A DNA stretch of 64,000 nt from the human T2T-CHM13v2.0 reference genome, Homo sapiens. Below, one piece after another: positions 27,663-46,067 of the stretch. Every line of letters begins with the position of its first letter. The stretch's first letter is position 1. Both the position numbers and the translations under genes were made by a program. Location: the NCBI RefSeq assembly GCF_009914755.1, contig NC_060941.1, one strand, 5' to 3'. Below the pieces are notes generated by a model. The model made no database searches and had not been told where the DNA came from. It saw nothing but the letters and a program-made list of their open reading frames with translations.

Positions 27663-30273
27663 TTCTTATCAATAAAGTCACATCCTATTGTTTATTAAGA
27701 AATATTGACAATTGAAGATACTCTAACATGAATCCCCTTTGTAACTAAAATAACTACTTCCTAATTAATGTTGACAAGTGTGCTTTTTTGGCATATCCGA
27801 TTGTTTCACGTTGGGATCCCTCTGAACAGTGACAGACCCAGAAAATGCTATTCTCCAGTCATGGCTGCCGACTTAGAGTTGAGCCTGACTCCAGCAGACT
27901 GCGAAGACACAGGCAGCGCCTCGTTTGTATGACTGAAGACAGCCACATCTTCAAACAACAGGTGAAGGCATCTGGTTAAACACCCACATCTCGGAGTCAA
28001 TTTCAATTTGCTTTAGTTCTCAATAACCAGACAAAGATCAGATCTCTGTGTTTCCTCAGAGAAAAAGGGAGAGAATGCCTATACTGGCATGGAAGATTCC
28101 GAGCTGTTCCAACTAACGAGCTCCGTGTCATGCCCAGATGCATGCCTCTAGCCAACTCCCCTGACCTTGCACCATGGTCGTCCACACCTGGGTTTGCCCT
28201 GAATCTGAAGAAGTATATCTGCAGGCCCAAGGACAGACCAAGTACGGGAGAGGGGCCAGAAAGGGCACCGCAGTCTACCCTCCGGGCCTCTTTCTGCCGA
28301 GCTGAGCACACGCAGTTGTTGGTTTTTATTTATTTATTTAATGAATAATTGCTTATAACCAAGGGAGTTGTTAGTTTTGAGGTCAAGGGACTAAGCAGAA
28401 GCAAAGAGGCAGGTGAGGTAGGTTCTGACTCAGTGGGGGAACCTGCCGTCAGAAGAGCTGCCATCTTGGAAGACACAAAAACTCAAGATTCCCTCTGCTT
28501 TGCCCAGCAGGGAATTATCATGAAATCCCTGTGCCCTTTGAGTGGGGAGGGCTGCTATCTGTTGCTCCCAAACACTCTGTTCCACCAATGAAGCCGTGGT
28601 GTAGAAAAGCTTGCAACCCGGTAGCAAAGTTCCTTGACTCTGAAGTCAGAGCCTCATCAATCACCTGGCCACTGGGCTTCCTCTCCCTACGTCCAAAGTC
28701 CACGGCAGGCAGGGAAGTGTCTGGATCTGACAGATTCACTGTATGAAAGTGGACAGGCTTATGTTCTGGGGAACCTTGTATATTCACAACAAAGTTGTCT
28801 GGGAGGCTTAGAAAGCAGGGACAACCTAAGCAGCTCTGTAAATATGAGGACACAGGACGAAGGAAGCATGAGGCAATGAGTAGTGTGGTCAGACGGGAAT
28901 TATTTTTCCCAAGACAAGCCTATTTTGTGATAAGTGGGCCCTGGGCAGCAGAGGTGGGCAGGCTCTCTGGTCCCCTTGGGAAACCGGGGCTGCAGATGGA
29001 GGCTTTGCTAAGTGCCACCCCACCCTAGACAGTGGGAGCAGTCCCCAGCCCCACACTGCACACCGAAGGCAGGAGGTCTCTAATCACTGGTCACAGGGAT
29101 CTCTCTGCTTGATCCTAGGAAAATGCTGCCTCTGAGGTGGGTAGACCATTCCAGGAGGAAGAGGGGAAAGCATGGCTGAAAGCACCTCTATGACTCCAGG
29201 CTCAGATTCGTAAAACACTAGATGGAAGTCGTACCAGGAATTCAGCCACACATCCCTCCTGGCTGGGAAGGCCTGCAGCTGAGAGCACACGCACAAAGAG
29301 ACACAGGCTCCATTGGCCCAGCCTCTCACCTGGCTCATGAAAAGATCAATGCCAGGAGTTCTCCACAAAGAGACTGGGGATTCCTGGGGCAAGGCACAAG
29401 CCAGATGGGTCGAGGAATCAGGTGAACCTCTGCAGCAGGTGGGTGGCGCCCATTCTGTGCCCCTTGGGAGCCAAGAGAGTCACCCTGGGAATTATCCCAC
29501 AAGAGGGTCTCACATCCCCAGGAAGTGGATGGCCACTGATCCCTGCTATTCCTCCCCCAAGTTCACATGAAGAGGTCGTGCAGTCTGGGTCCCAGGTTGG
29601 ACCCGATTGCCTTGTCAAAGGGAAAGGCAGCCTAGGGCCAGATACCTCGGAACCACAACCACATCGCCTGTGATTGGAGCCTCACCCCATCCCACAGGCC
29701 GTACATGGGCATCATGAACTCTAGCACACACTTGACTATGGAATACCTCTGGAGGTGGGGTGGGGGGTGGGGAGGACTTATTTATGTTTTTGTAATTTGC
29801 ATGTTCTTGAGGGCCTAAAAAAACTGGAGGAAAGGATTTTTTTTTTTAATTCCCTTGGAGGACTTTCGAACAAAATTAGACTCTGGCAGTTCCTTCAGGA
29901 CGATGAATAACCTAAGATACAGGTTCATTTATCACTCCCCACATGTGATTCCCACCAAAGTATTTCTAAAATCCAGGCAAGAAAAAGATTCTGAAGTCTC
30001 AGATCACTAGTATGTTTTGCTACATGGAGGGCAGGCATCATACCACAACGTATGTATCCAAGGGAGGGAGGGGCATTTTTTCCTACAAGCAGAAGTATTT
30101 CAATTGTTAATGGAGGAAAAAAAAAAACTGCCTTCCTTACACATCCCAGTTCAGCAATTGTCAGGCTTCAGGTGTCAGACGGCAGCCTGTCAGCGCCCTG
30201 GGATAGGCCCCGTGTGGTCATGGCCTTGTTGGTCATGCCAAGATGATGTCTGAGAAGCTGGCATTATGGCTTA

Positions 30274-30586
<313 letters not shown>

Positions 30587-30779
30587 GTGAGCGTACAATA
30601 TTGGTGTGCTAACATATGATTATATAATCAGGTTGCTATATGAAGGTAAGGAAAAACAATCCTAAAGCTTCAAACTCTTCCCATTTGAAGAAGACAGTTC
30701 TAAGAATCGTGGCCCCCATCCTCTCATCGTCTAGGTTTTAATTAGGTTCTTTCCTTCCTTCCTCCCTTTCTTATTACCA

Positions 30780-31370
30780 TTTTTAATTGTGATAAAATGT
30801 GAATGAATAACATGTAATTGAGCATCTTCCTCATTTTTAAGTGTACATTCATTGGCATTAAGTGCAATCACTTTTGTACAGCCATCGCCACCACCCATCT
30901 CCAGAGCTCTTTGGTTTTTTTTTGAGACAGAGTCTTGCTCCGTCGCCCAGGCTGGAGTGCAATGGCATGATCTCAGCTCACTGCAATCTTCGCCTCCTGG
31001 ATTCAAGTGATTCTTGTACCTCAGTGATCCCAGTAGCTGGGAGTACAGCCATGCATCACTATGCCCGGCTAATTTTGTAATTTTGGTAGAGACAGGGTTT
31101 TGTTATGTCAGCCAGGCTGGTCTCGAACCCCTGGCCTCGAGTGATCTGCCTGCCTTGGCTTCCCAGAGTGCTGGGATTACAGGTATGAGCCACTGCACCC
31201 GGCTCCAGAGCTCTTTTTATCTTGCATAATTGAAACTCTCCACCCACTGAACCCAGATCCCCATTCCTCCTCCTCCCTCCCACAGCCCCTGGCAACCATC
31301 CTTCTACTTCCTGCCTCTGTGCCACTGACTCCTCAGGTGTCTCGCAGAGCAGGACTCACACAGTATCTGT
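30780..31370 (-). mobile_element. L1MB 3' end interrupted by an Alu
   Basis: tttttaagtgtacattcattggcattaagt...cccctggcaaccatccttctacttc. Confidence 0.8.
30910..31204 (-). mobile_element. Alu (J/S)
   Basis: TSD tccagagctcttt. Confidence 0.93.
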
Positions 31371-31522
31371 GATGCCCTCTTTCTTATGTCATATTATCCC
31401 CTTGTGTCCCTTCTTCATTTTGTCAGGGGGCCTCCTTAACCTCCTACGGGATGTGTGGGTGATAAACTTCTGAACCCTGACATAGAAAAGAAAAATTTTG
31501 ATTTTTCTCTGTGACTTAATAG

Positions 31523-31874
<352 letters not shown>

Positions 31875-31880
31875 TTAGTA

Positions 31881-32020
31881 TCTTTTTTCTTTTTATTTAT
31901 TTTTAAGACAGGGTCTCACTGTATTGCCTCAGCTGGTCGCTAACTCCTGGGCTCAAGTAATCCTCCTGCCTTGGCCTCCCAAAGTGCTGGGATTACAGGC
32001 ATGAGCCATGGTGCCTGGCC
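31881..32020 (-). mobile_element. FLAM
   Basis: Single left arm in reverse orientation. Confidence 0.85.
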
Positions 32021-32950
<930 letters not shown>

Positions 32951-33136
32951 CTTCAGTCCCTTTTTTTCATTCTTTGGGTTTTTCTCAGGTGTCTGGGGAT
33001 CTGTTACCTTCAGAGCACATTCAGGGAGGCGGGTTGACATTGACGATAGTTGGAAAGGGCATTCTCCAGGGTTGTACAAGTCTGTTTCCCTAACAGGCCT
33101 CCCTGACAACTCTGAAATTTCACTTCAAAGTATTTC

Positions 33137-33342
33137 CTTAAAGAACTATAAGTAGAACTACCACTGGATCCAGCAATCCCACTACTGGATATCTACCCAT
33201 AGGAAAAGTCATTATACAAAAAAAAAAAAAAAAAAAAAAACCTGCACACACGTTCATAGCAGCACAATTCACAACTGCAAAAATGTGGAAACAGCCCAAA
33301 TGCCCATCAATCAACAAGTGGATAAAGAAACTGTGATATGTA

Positions 33343-33430
<88 letters not shown>

Positions 33431-33790
33431 GGAATACTACTCAGCCATAAAAAGGAATGAATTAATGGCATTTGCAGCAACCTGGTTGCGATTGGAGACT
33501 ATTATTCTAAGTGAAGTAACTCAGGAATGGAAAACCAAACATCATATGTTCTCACTCATAAGTGGGAGCTAAGCTATGAGGATGCAAAGGCATACGAATG
33601 ACACAATGGACTTCGGGGACTTGGGAAAGGGTGGGAAGGGGGTGAGGGATAAAAGACTACAAATTGGGTTCAGTGCATACTGCTCGGGTAGTGGGTGCCC
33701 AAAAAGCTCACAAATCACCCCTAAAGAACTTACTCATGTAACCAAACACCGTCGCTTCCCCAAAAACCTATGGAATTTTTTTAAAAAATT
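33137..33790 (+). mobile_element. L1PB (L1PB1-like) 3' end
   Basis: L1 ORF2 end and 3'UTR: gaagtaactcaggaatggaaaaccaaacatc...gctaagctatgaggatgcaaaggcat. Confidence 0.9.
33337..33428. repeat. Compound (TA)n(CA)n microsatellite
   Basis: About 90 bp of alternating purine-pyrimidine sequence inside the L1PB. Confidence 0.97.
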
Positions 33791-35330
33791 AATTGAAAGC
33801 TTAAAAAAAAGATTATAGCTTCAACTTAGCAGTTGGCCTACAGAGGATGAGGAAGGATGAAAGAAGGGAGGGAAAGAGTGTGGGAATCATAAAGGTAGGT
33901 GCTGTGGGTATTTAGATTCCACCATTACAGCACTGGAATGATGGGACAGTGGATTCCTTATGTGGCTCCCTCCTAAGCAGAAACACCAGGGGTGCCGGGC
34001 CGCAGCCGGGGTGACACATGCCAGGAGCAAGTAGCAGGAAGTGCAGAGCCAACCTTGGGAGCAGACCAATGCTGACACACACAGGATGCAGTGATGATGC
34101 AGAGAAAAGGAGTGTGTGCAGGTGTGGTTTCAGACACGTACACGAATGCAGTGATGGTGTGAGCAAAAGGGAGTGTGCACATGCAAGCATGCCCGTGTGA
34201 GTGTGCATGCACATACACAAATTCCCACACAAGCATGCATAGAAAGAGACTTGGAGATGGCCTTCTAAACACACAAAAACAAAAGTCTAAATCAGTCTCT
34301 TAAGTCCTGAAACACTAGACCATCCTTACATGAAACCTGCCTTTTTGTATCCACAGGATAGCCCTAACAATTAGGCAGGGCCAGTGTGTCACGGGGACAC
34401 TCCCAGGACTGGTCTCTGATTAGGAATGTCAAGCTCAGTGTGGCCCATGAACAGGGATGGTGAGGGAAGAGAGAGAACTGCTAAGAGGTGGTTTGAACCC
34501 GGCTTTCAAACAGCTGCTGGGATCACAGATGTGAAATGAGGAAAGGTCTGTGAATTTGTCTGGAAATGAAGGAAACCTTTGCAAGTAAAGTGCTAGTGAA
34601 GACATGGATCAAAGTCAGATTGCAAAGGAGTGAATAAGGGCAACGAAATCAGGAGGCGAAGGCCATATAGCAATGGAGGGACTGGGCAGAGAAGGTGGAG
34701 CAAGTTAGGGCTACGCCTGTCAGGAGTGAGCAACAGTGTCTTTAAAACCCACATACAAAAGCAGGAAATGCCAATGCCAGGGGAGTTGGGAGGATGACCA
34801 TGGGTCTCCATAGACACCGGCAACAGGTCAATAACAGCCGACAATCAAGGTACCATCCAGCAAGGGTGCAGGCAAGATAATCTCATAAATCACTGCAAAA
34901 CACTTGGTAAATTTAAAGTCAGGCATAAATGCCAAATATAAATAAAATATGCAACTCAGGCAGCAAGGTGCTCTAAGCCTAGAGGCCTTCTTTTAATTAA
35001 TGTCAGATTTGATCCAAGACATTCTCAGGCTAGATGGGCAGGCAGGTGCTCAGAGAATCCCGCCCTGTGGGACTGGCCTCCTCCCTGACAAGCTTCACCA
35101 CCAGGCCCCAAAATTCAGGACACAGGGTGCTTCTCTCCTCAGCTGCCACCACGTGGAATCTGCTCTCCCCACTGGTAGATGCAACCCTGTGATTTCTGGG
35201 AGGGAGATGCCAAACTGAACTAGGGTAGCTCTGGAGAGCCGGGAGCTAATAGTTGGCTGACAGTGGAGGGGAATGAGCCAAAGGTTGACGCTGTTCCAAT
35301 CCCAATATGGGTAACGTTTGAAAATGGAGG

Positions 35331-36145
35331 TTAGCACCTCACACCCATTAGGATGTCTACTCTCGAGAAAACAAAAACATAACAGTGTTGGCAAGGATGT
35401 GGAGACACTGGAACCCTTGAGCACTGTTGGTAGGAATGAAAAATGGCACAGCCAGTGTGGAAAACAGTTTGGTGGCTCCTCAAAAAATTAAAAATAGAAT
35501 TACCATATGGTGATAGCAGTTGTGACGTTCCTGAGGTTCCGTTTTCTGTCTCTGCCAAATATTTCTGTTATGGGAAGTCCTGATTCACAAGGAGGTGGCA
35601 ATTCTACTTCTGGATACATCCGTCAAAGCACTGAAAGCAGGGTCTCAAAGAGATACTTGCCTACCTACATTTACAGCAGCACTATTCACAGCAGCTCAAA
35701 CCTGGAAGCAACCCAAGTGTTTATGGATGGATCAACAGATAAGCAAAATGTGGTATATCCACACAATGGAATAGTATACTGCCTTAAAAAGGAAGGAAAT
35801 GCTGACACATGCTATAACATGGCTGCACCTTGAGAATATTATGCTGAGTGAAATAAGCCAATCACAAAAAGACGAATACTATATGATTCCACTTACGTGA
35901 AGTACTTAGTCAAATGCTTAAAGACAGAGAGTAGAATGGTGGTGGCCAGAAGCTGGGGGAAGTGGGCATGTGGATACTGCTTAATAGGTATAGAGTTTCC
36001 ATTTTACAAGATAGAAAGAATTCTGGAGGTGGATGGAGGTGATGGTTGCACAACATTATAAATGTATTTAATAATCCAAAACCACAGCCTTACAAATAGT
36101 TAATTAAGATGGTAATTTTGTTATGAGTATTTTACCACAATTAAA
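35331..36145 (+). mobile_element. L1MB 3' fragment
   Basis: aacagtgttggcaaggatgtggag...agtgaaataagccaatcacaaaaagac. Confidence 0.9.
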
Positions 36146-36200
36146 ATATTTGGGGAGAAAAAAAACTAAAATGAAGGCTAAGGTTTAAAAGTGGTGCAAT

Positions 36201-36556
<356 letters not shown>

Positions 36557-37212
36557 TCAAGGCCTGAAGTGGGAGCTCGCACTAAACTCTTAGGGGTAAG
36601 AACAGGTAAGACCCGATTCAAGTAAAGACAGGAATCACATGAGCCAGGACATGAATTTGACTCAATGACCCTGAAGATGGTGGCCCCCTAGGATGCTGTG
36701 ATGACTCAATTGAGTTTCTCCTTCAGAGCTGCTCCCAGTTATTTCCTGGTGGTGGGAAAGGTGGGCGCTGAGTCTCTCCCATGCTCTCCTAGAGCATCAC
36801 TGCTGAGTAAGGATGGTCCAGGGGTTGGGGCTGCCTATGGTCGAGAGGACAGTTTCGGTTGTGGGACGGCTTTTTGTCTCCCAGGGCAATGAAACCTGCC
36901 TTATGCCACCATTAGTGGCAGGCACTCCCACCATGGGGCCTTTGCCCATGCCATCACTCTATTCTCTGTCTGGCACATTTTTTTTTTTTTTTATCCCTTC
37001 CTGCCTACTTTTCTTCCCCTGGTCACTGGCTCCTCATGCATCATTTCTCAGTCTGGAAGTCCTCTCCTCCAGGCAGCCATCGCTGGCTCCCTAGTCTGGG
37101 TTAGGATTTCTGTTAAATATTCTCACCTTATTGTGTGTTTGCTGAGTGTATCCACCATGGTGTCCCCTGGATCTAGACCAGGCCTGGGGACCTAGGAGGT
37201 GCTCAGTTAGTA

Positions 37213-37535
<323 letters not shown>

Positions 37536-37719
37536 TGAATAAGTAAAGTTAATCATGGATTGGATCAATTAGTCAGTCAAAGATAATGATTATAAGAAAG
37601 GTCTGGAAGACACAGTCAAGAAGGAGTTTAATAAAAATGTGACAATAAGACAATACTTGGTTACTTTAATTGCAATCTCTAGCTACATGTGGCATGCTCT
37701 GGCAGTTCCCCTATTCAAT

Positions 37720-39661
<1,942 letters not shown>

Positions 39662-40404
39662 ATTGTGGAGCATATTTTAGCATAGGCTATTTAGAAAAGA
39701 CATCCAAGAAAACCATCTGCTTCCTGTAGAGAGCCAGTATGATCCATCTGAGCCTTTTGCTCCCTCCTATTGATGAGGCTGGACCCTGGGCTCTGAAACA
39801 GAGAGGTGGCGTTGGTTTCCGTGTGGGACACTGAACAATCCCACGGCCACTGAGCCAAGCCAATCTCCAACCCACACCACCTACACACCCCATCTCCTAC
39901 CCTGAGGAGTGCTGAGAACATGTGGGTGACTCAGCACAGACCTCCCCCAACACTGGGAAACCATTTAAAGGACACCTTGGTGTATCAACGGGGTTGACAT
40001 GGTAAACACAGAAGGCATCCTTTTCATTTTTATTAAGAACAGATATTCACGACCAAGGAAGTCAGCCATCCCCACAGCCATCTCAGAACCAGCTCGGCAG
40101 GCAACTCAAATCACTGCTCTCCATGGAAGGCTGTGTACTCATGCCACCTCCGATGTCACTTACTGTCTGATCTGCCTTCCAGCCACCCCACTGGGCAACG
40201 CCTGGAGGGAAATCCTCTGGCCAAGGCAGCTGCTCAACTTCCTACTTGCCTGTTCCTTCTGCTAGAATCCCCTTTGTGGGCACTACTGCCCCTTTAACCA
40301 CATAGCCATCCAACCAACAGCCATCTCATCACCTGTTCCCCAGGACTCTGACCGCATCTATGGAACAAGGTAAACAGCAGAGTGCACGCCCCAGCTAAAT
40401 TTAG

Positions 40405-40746
<342 letters not shown>

Positions 40747-41415
40747 CCAGGCCTCCCAATTTTTAAGTTCTATTAAAGCATTTCAGTGCAAGAGCTCAAA
40801 CATAATGCCAAACGTCAGCAGTAATGAAAGGGGAGGGTGATGTCTTTTGAGAACTTGCTATTTTTTAGCCATTTTATTTCACATTTTCAAACATAATCCT
40901 TCTAGCCACCATGGGGTGGAGATACAATCAATGTCTGCATTTGAAAGATAAGAAAGCTTGATCCCTGAGAGGCTAAGCAACCTGGGTCATACAACGTTTT
41001 GAACCGTGTCTGTCAAGCCCAAACTTTTTCTTTTTTCACTTGTCTAAGATCAAGTGTGGGTTTGGCCCAGGAGTCCCATCACTGTACATTCCCAGGGAAA
41101 GAGATTTCTATTTATGGGCCAATTGCAATGTCCTAATGAGCAACATGCAATGCTCAGATCAACAGGCATCAAAGAGCAAAGAGAAAGTGAGAGAAAGGCA
41201 TGCAGGGTCATGCTATTCCCATAAAGAGGAGGAAAGAATACAGGGAATCTACTGCTGATCAGGGACCAGAGCCCCATTCTGGGGTCAGTTATGAGCAGAG
41301 AGGGACAGCAAGTATAGACAGAGTTTTAGGCGAGTCTAGAGTACACGAGAGATAATGAGTTGGCGAAGCCTGACCTTCTGATAAGGACCCAGGAGTCTGG
41401 ATGTGCTGCTGTCAG

Positions 41416-42049
41416 CGTCAGAGGCGTTGGAACAAGAGCAACTCCATCTTGAATAGGGGCTGCGTAAAATGAGGATGAGACCTACTGGGCTGCATTCCCA
41501 GGAGGTTAAGGCATTCTAAGTCACAGGATGAGATAGGAGGTTGGCACAAGTTACAGGTCGTAAAGGCCTTGCTGACAAAACAGGTTGCAGTAAAGAAGGC
41601 AGCCAAAACCCTCCAAAACCAAGATGGTGACGAGAGTGACCTTTGGTCGTCCTCACTGCTTATTATATGCTAATTATAATGCATTAGCATGCTAAGAGAC
41701 ACTCCCAATAGCACCATGACAGTTTACAAATGCCATGGCAACACCAGGAAGTTACCCTATATGGTCTAAAAAGCAGAGGAACCCTCAGTTCTGGGAATTG
41801 CCCACCCCTCTCCTGGAAAATTCATGAATAATCCACCCCTTGTTTAGCATATAATCAAGAAGTAACCATAAAAATGGGCAACCAGCAGCCCTTGGGGCAG
41901 CTCTGCCTATGGAGAAGCCATTCTTTTATTCCTTTACTTTCTTATTACATTTGCTTTCACTTGACTCTGTGACTCGCCCTGAATTCTTTCTTGCACAAGA
42001 TCCAAGAACCCTCTCTTGGGGTCTGGATCAGGACCCCTTTCCAGTAACA
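41416..42049 (+). mobile_element. MER41B solo LTR (ERV1)
   Basis: gtcagaggcgttggaacaagagcaactccatcttgaatagg...ccagtaaca; 634 bp; 4-bp TSD tcag. Confidence 0.9.
41789..41797. promoter_or_regulatory. GAS (STAT) motif within MER41B
   Basis: TTCTGGGAA matches TTCNNNGAA. Confidence 0.55.
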
Positions 42050-42616
42050 TCAGGGTTCCCTCATGGGATTATTGCGTACCTCCTTAACCTTGTTTCCTCA
42101 GACCCATGGCAGACCTTCCCATTCGATTCCTACTCAAACAGAACTCTTTCTCAGCTCCAGGCAGACAAGCAGAATGCCCAGGCGGTTCCACTCTCACCCA
42201 TGTCTGTGCTCATTCATGTTCATTACTGCTTGCTGTGACTCTTCTTTTGAGACCCACGTAGACCATTTGGGATGAGGAAATAGGCCTTGATGTCCAGCAT
42301 GTGAGCATTGGTCCTTTTTGGAGTTCTCCCTCTAAACTGTGGTTTCCAATTGGCTGCCATGGGGTGGAGGCAGAGAGAACTAGACCTGAATCTTCAAGGA
42401 GTTAATTTCCTAAAGACCACCTGACCACAACCTTAAAGCACATCAGACTCTCCTGGGACAGGAGAAGCTCCCAACAGGATTTAGATTCTCATCCACGAAC
42501 CCTCCACCTTCCTCCCCTTCTCCCTCATTGCCTCCCAAATGAAACCAATGTTCTAGAGATCAAAATTGAGCTCCATGGAACATCAGTAACATTTAAAAGA
42601 GTTCCACAGTTAAATA

Positions 42617-42698
42617 TTAGGTTAAACCATACAAAATTGCTGCTATTTAACAATGTTTAAAAAACTACAAAACAGGAATTTCCTATGGTCCAACCTAA
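42617..42698. mobile_element. MADE2 mariner MITE nested in a MER103-like hAT fossil (about 42545-42890)
   Basis: ttaggttaaaccat...atggtccaacctaa inverted ends, about 80 bp. Confidence 0.8.
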
Positions 42699-44211
42699 TG
42701 AGTTTTAGAAATCTTAAATACTCTTCAAGACCCAGAACCGACATCACATTTTATAGGCTTGAAGAATTCCCTGCAGCAAAGACACCTGTATAATTTTGTT
42801 TTCCTAATGTATTTGACAACGGAACCCTTTTATTAGATAACACCTGTTAACATCTTACAGAACCTGTATTTTGTATTTTAGGAAATACTGCCTGAAAGAA
42901 TTCAAAATAATTAAGAGCTGTTCACAAACTCATCCTCCACCATCTCTTGACTGTATCTGAATAAAATAAAATTCACCCATCCATGTAGGTTACCCATTTA
43001 TTCCATCCATAAGTACTTATCGAGCACCTCCTCTGTACCAGGAATTTGCTTAGAATTGGGGACATACTGAAACCCAAGTGTTCTGACAAAGGAAACAGGG
43101 CCCTTTAAGATGGAGCGACCAGCTTCACTTGAAGGAGCCAGAAAGGGCTTCATGGAAAAACTGAGTTTTGACTTGGAGCTTAAAGAAATTTTCCAGCACA
43201 TGAAGCTAACGGTCAGTGCCCACTCCATCCAGATGAACCCAGCTCACCTGCTTATATCCGGTTCCATTTTCAGCACCTACCTCCCAGGATCTTTGCATCT
43301 ATGGCTTCCACGGTCTCTGCTTGACTTGTCTTCTCCTGAGTACCCGAATAAAGCTCGGTTTATCCAATTGCTTTTGGATCTAGTGCCTGATTTCCTGTGG
43401 GCTGCTATTTTGCCAGGCACTCTGAAGTTAGAGTCCAGTGGGAAGGCCCAGGGTCACTAACCACAGGCCTCTTTCATGCAACTCTTCCCAGCCTGTCTCT
43501 TCCCGGGCCTCACTCAGTATCTGGCTCAGGAAGTTCCCTGTGGCGGAGGGAGGAGCCATCTTAATGGCTGACCTTTGGGGAGGTGGGAGACAGCCTGGGG
43601 GCTCAGGGAGCTGTGTGCTGCTCTGTCCCTTGGATTTCAAATCCTGGGCCTTCCTAGCGGTTCAGCTGTGGTGGGGACAAGGCAAAGCTCTTCTGTGCTT
43701 GGCAAGGACACAGGGGTATTTATATAGCTTGATGTCTCCCCACCCCTAATTTCCCTTGGTTCATCAGAATAATAACTGAAGTGGCTCCCCATGGTGGGTA
43801 ACTGTAGGATTGGTTAGGGGCACTGGGTCCTTAGGGGGATGACAGTTTTCCTCCTACAGTTCCAGGCCTTGTGTACCCCTTCAGTGACCCTCTTTCTGAC
43901 TCATGCAATAAGAAAAACCTACACGGCATGGTCAGTGAGACAGCCCACCGATGGCTGTGGCTGCACCCGGTGAGGGCTGGGGCAGACTGAAACTCAGACA
44001 CACCACAGGCCATGTTATCGAAGTCCTGTGCTCCCAGCTCAGGAGGTTGGGTGATTCTATACCTTATGGAAGCTATATGACACATCTGCAATTTTGCAGC
44101 CCAGCAATAGGAGAGAAAAATGAGTATCAGTGCTGGTGGGGAGTTCAGGCACGTTTCCAAAAACCAACCACAAAAAGTCATCCATCCAGTGATGGTGGAG
44201 GTAGACCAATC

Positions 44212-44903
44212 TGAAACCACCTTTGCAAAAAATTATAACAGTGAGAAAATCATGGCAGTGATCTCACCAACCTCCATCTCTCCTACAACCTCCAAACTGC
44301 CCTTAGTCATTCTTGGGCTTGGGCCAAGGTAACTTTGGGAGCTAGTTTATAGTTTAAATAATAGCTCTTCCCCCAAACTAAACTACCTTTGTAAAGCTAG
44401 TGAAGGATCATCAAATTAGGAGGATGATAGGAGCCTGAATCCTGCCAAGTGTAGACATAAATGACTACCAGCTATCTTTCCAGAGGTCAAAAGATATGCG
44501 ACTTCCCCAGTTTCTCCTGCAAATAAACTAAGACTGGCCTTTTGAGGTGTCTTTTCTAGTTTTGACATTTCTTCCCTGGACCCTTGACTCTTGACTCAAT
44601 CGGTTCTGAAGCTCCCACCTAGCAGCAGACTCAGCATGCAAGGACCATTTTCCACACCCCAATGATTGCATTCACAACAAATCAGCAGCACCCATTCCCT
44701 TGCCTGTCAAACTATCCTTGAAAAATCCTAGCCTCCAAATTATTGGAAAGGCTGAATTAAGGAATAATAAAACTTTAGCCTCCCATTCCACCGGCTCTGC
44801 ATGAATTAAACTCTTTCTCGATTGAATTAATTTCCTCATCTTGATAAATTGGCTTTATCTGGGCAGCAGGCAAAATGAACCCATTAGTTCATCTATGGCT
44901 ATA
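44212..44903 (+). mobile_element. LTR8-family (LTR8A/B-like) solo LTR
   Basis: tgaaaccacctttgcaaaaaattataacagtgagaaaa start; TSD aatc. Confidence 0.8.
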
Positions 44904-46067
44904 AATCTGCCTGGGGGTACTCTCCTTCAGCATGCAGAGAACTGGTCCAGGAAGGTCCAGGGAGCTGGGCTGGACAGTGCTGGGCACTTTCCTTTCAAAG
45001 GAAAACACTAGCTATATTCCCTCGCAGCCACAACTTATTAAAATCAGGTCAATGGCGAGGTGGCTATTTTTCAAGCTGGTAACAACATGTTTTGTCAGTT
45101 TCATCTTTGTGTTCTAATGTGGCCCCAAAGAGAGATTCTTTTCCCCTATTCAGAAAGGACCGTCTGACTTATAACTTGGCCCAATGCTGGCTGCAAGATA
45201 ATGGGAAAGTTTTCAACAACCTCAAGGGCCCAGACAGCTCTCAGCATGGCCAGGCTCCTCCAGGGGCCAGCTGAGTAATGATCTACAGTCGGCGGATAGA
45301 GCTGGGGCAGGAATCGCTGAGCTGCTAGCAGCTCCTGTTGGCAAAAGTGGCCGCAAGAGCTTATGGTGGAACGTGGGATGTGAATTTCAGAGTGAGAATG
45401 ATGCCAAGCATCATTCATCAGCTGAATGTTCGTCCCTCTGTGAATCACTTATTGCTGCAGGGTCCCAGCTCTAGACCAGGGAGGGTGAGAATGACACCTA
45501 CCCCACAAGGTGGAGGTGAGGATGGAGTGAGATGGTTACAAGGGAGAGGCTTCCCCAATCACACAGCACTGTGTGATGCTGGCTGTCACTGTCATCCCTT
45601 GTTAAGTTGCGCTATGGGTGGAAAGACAATTAGTCTGGAAGAAACCATCGCCCAAAGGGGTATATACTTAGAAGAAGAATTGCTGGGTCAACAGGACCTT
45701 TTAAAAACATAGATCTCAGCACCTCTCATCTCTGCTTAAAACCTTCCAGTGGTTTTCCTATACACAGGAGAAAGTTAGTGTTCACACCACCTCAAGGCCT
45801 TGTACCATCTGGCCATGCCTATCCTTCTCCTGGCTTGTAGCCACCTGGACTTTCCAAATAGTCCTTCTCCCTCCAGCCTTGGGGCCCTACTTATCACTGC
45901 TTCTTCTGCTAGTGGCTCTTTCTCTCTCCTTTCTGCCTGAGTAGCTAACATCTACTTGTCTCTCAGATCGCAGTTTTCAATATAACTTACTCAGAGAAAC
46001 CTTTCCTGGCCTCTAAACTGGGTCAGATACTCTGCTTGTTATTTGCTCTCCCACCCTCTTTTACTAG

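Noticed and set aside
33138-33818. ORFs with CVCVCV/HTHTHT runs and L1-like peptides
   Set aside because: Microsatellite translation and a decayed L1PB ORF2 end
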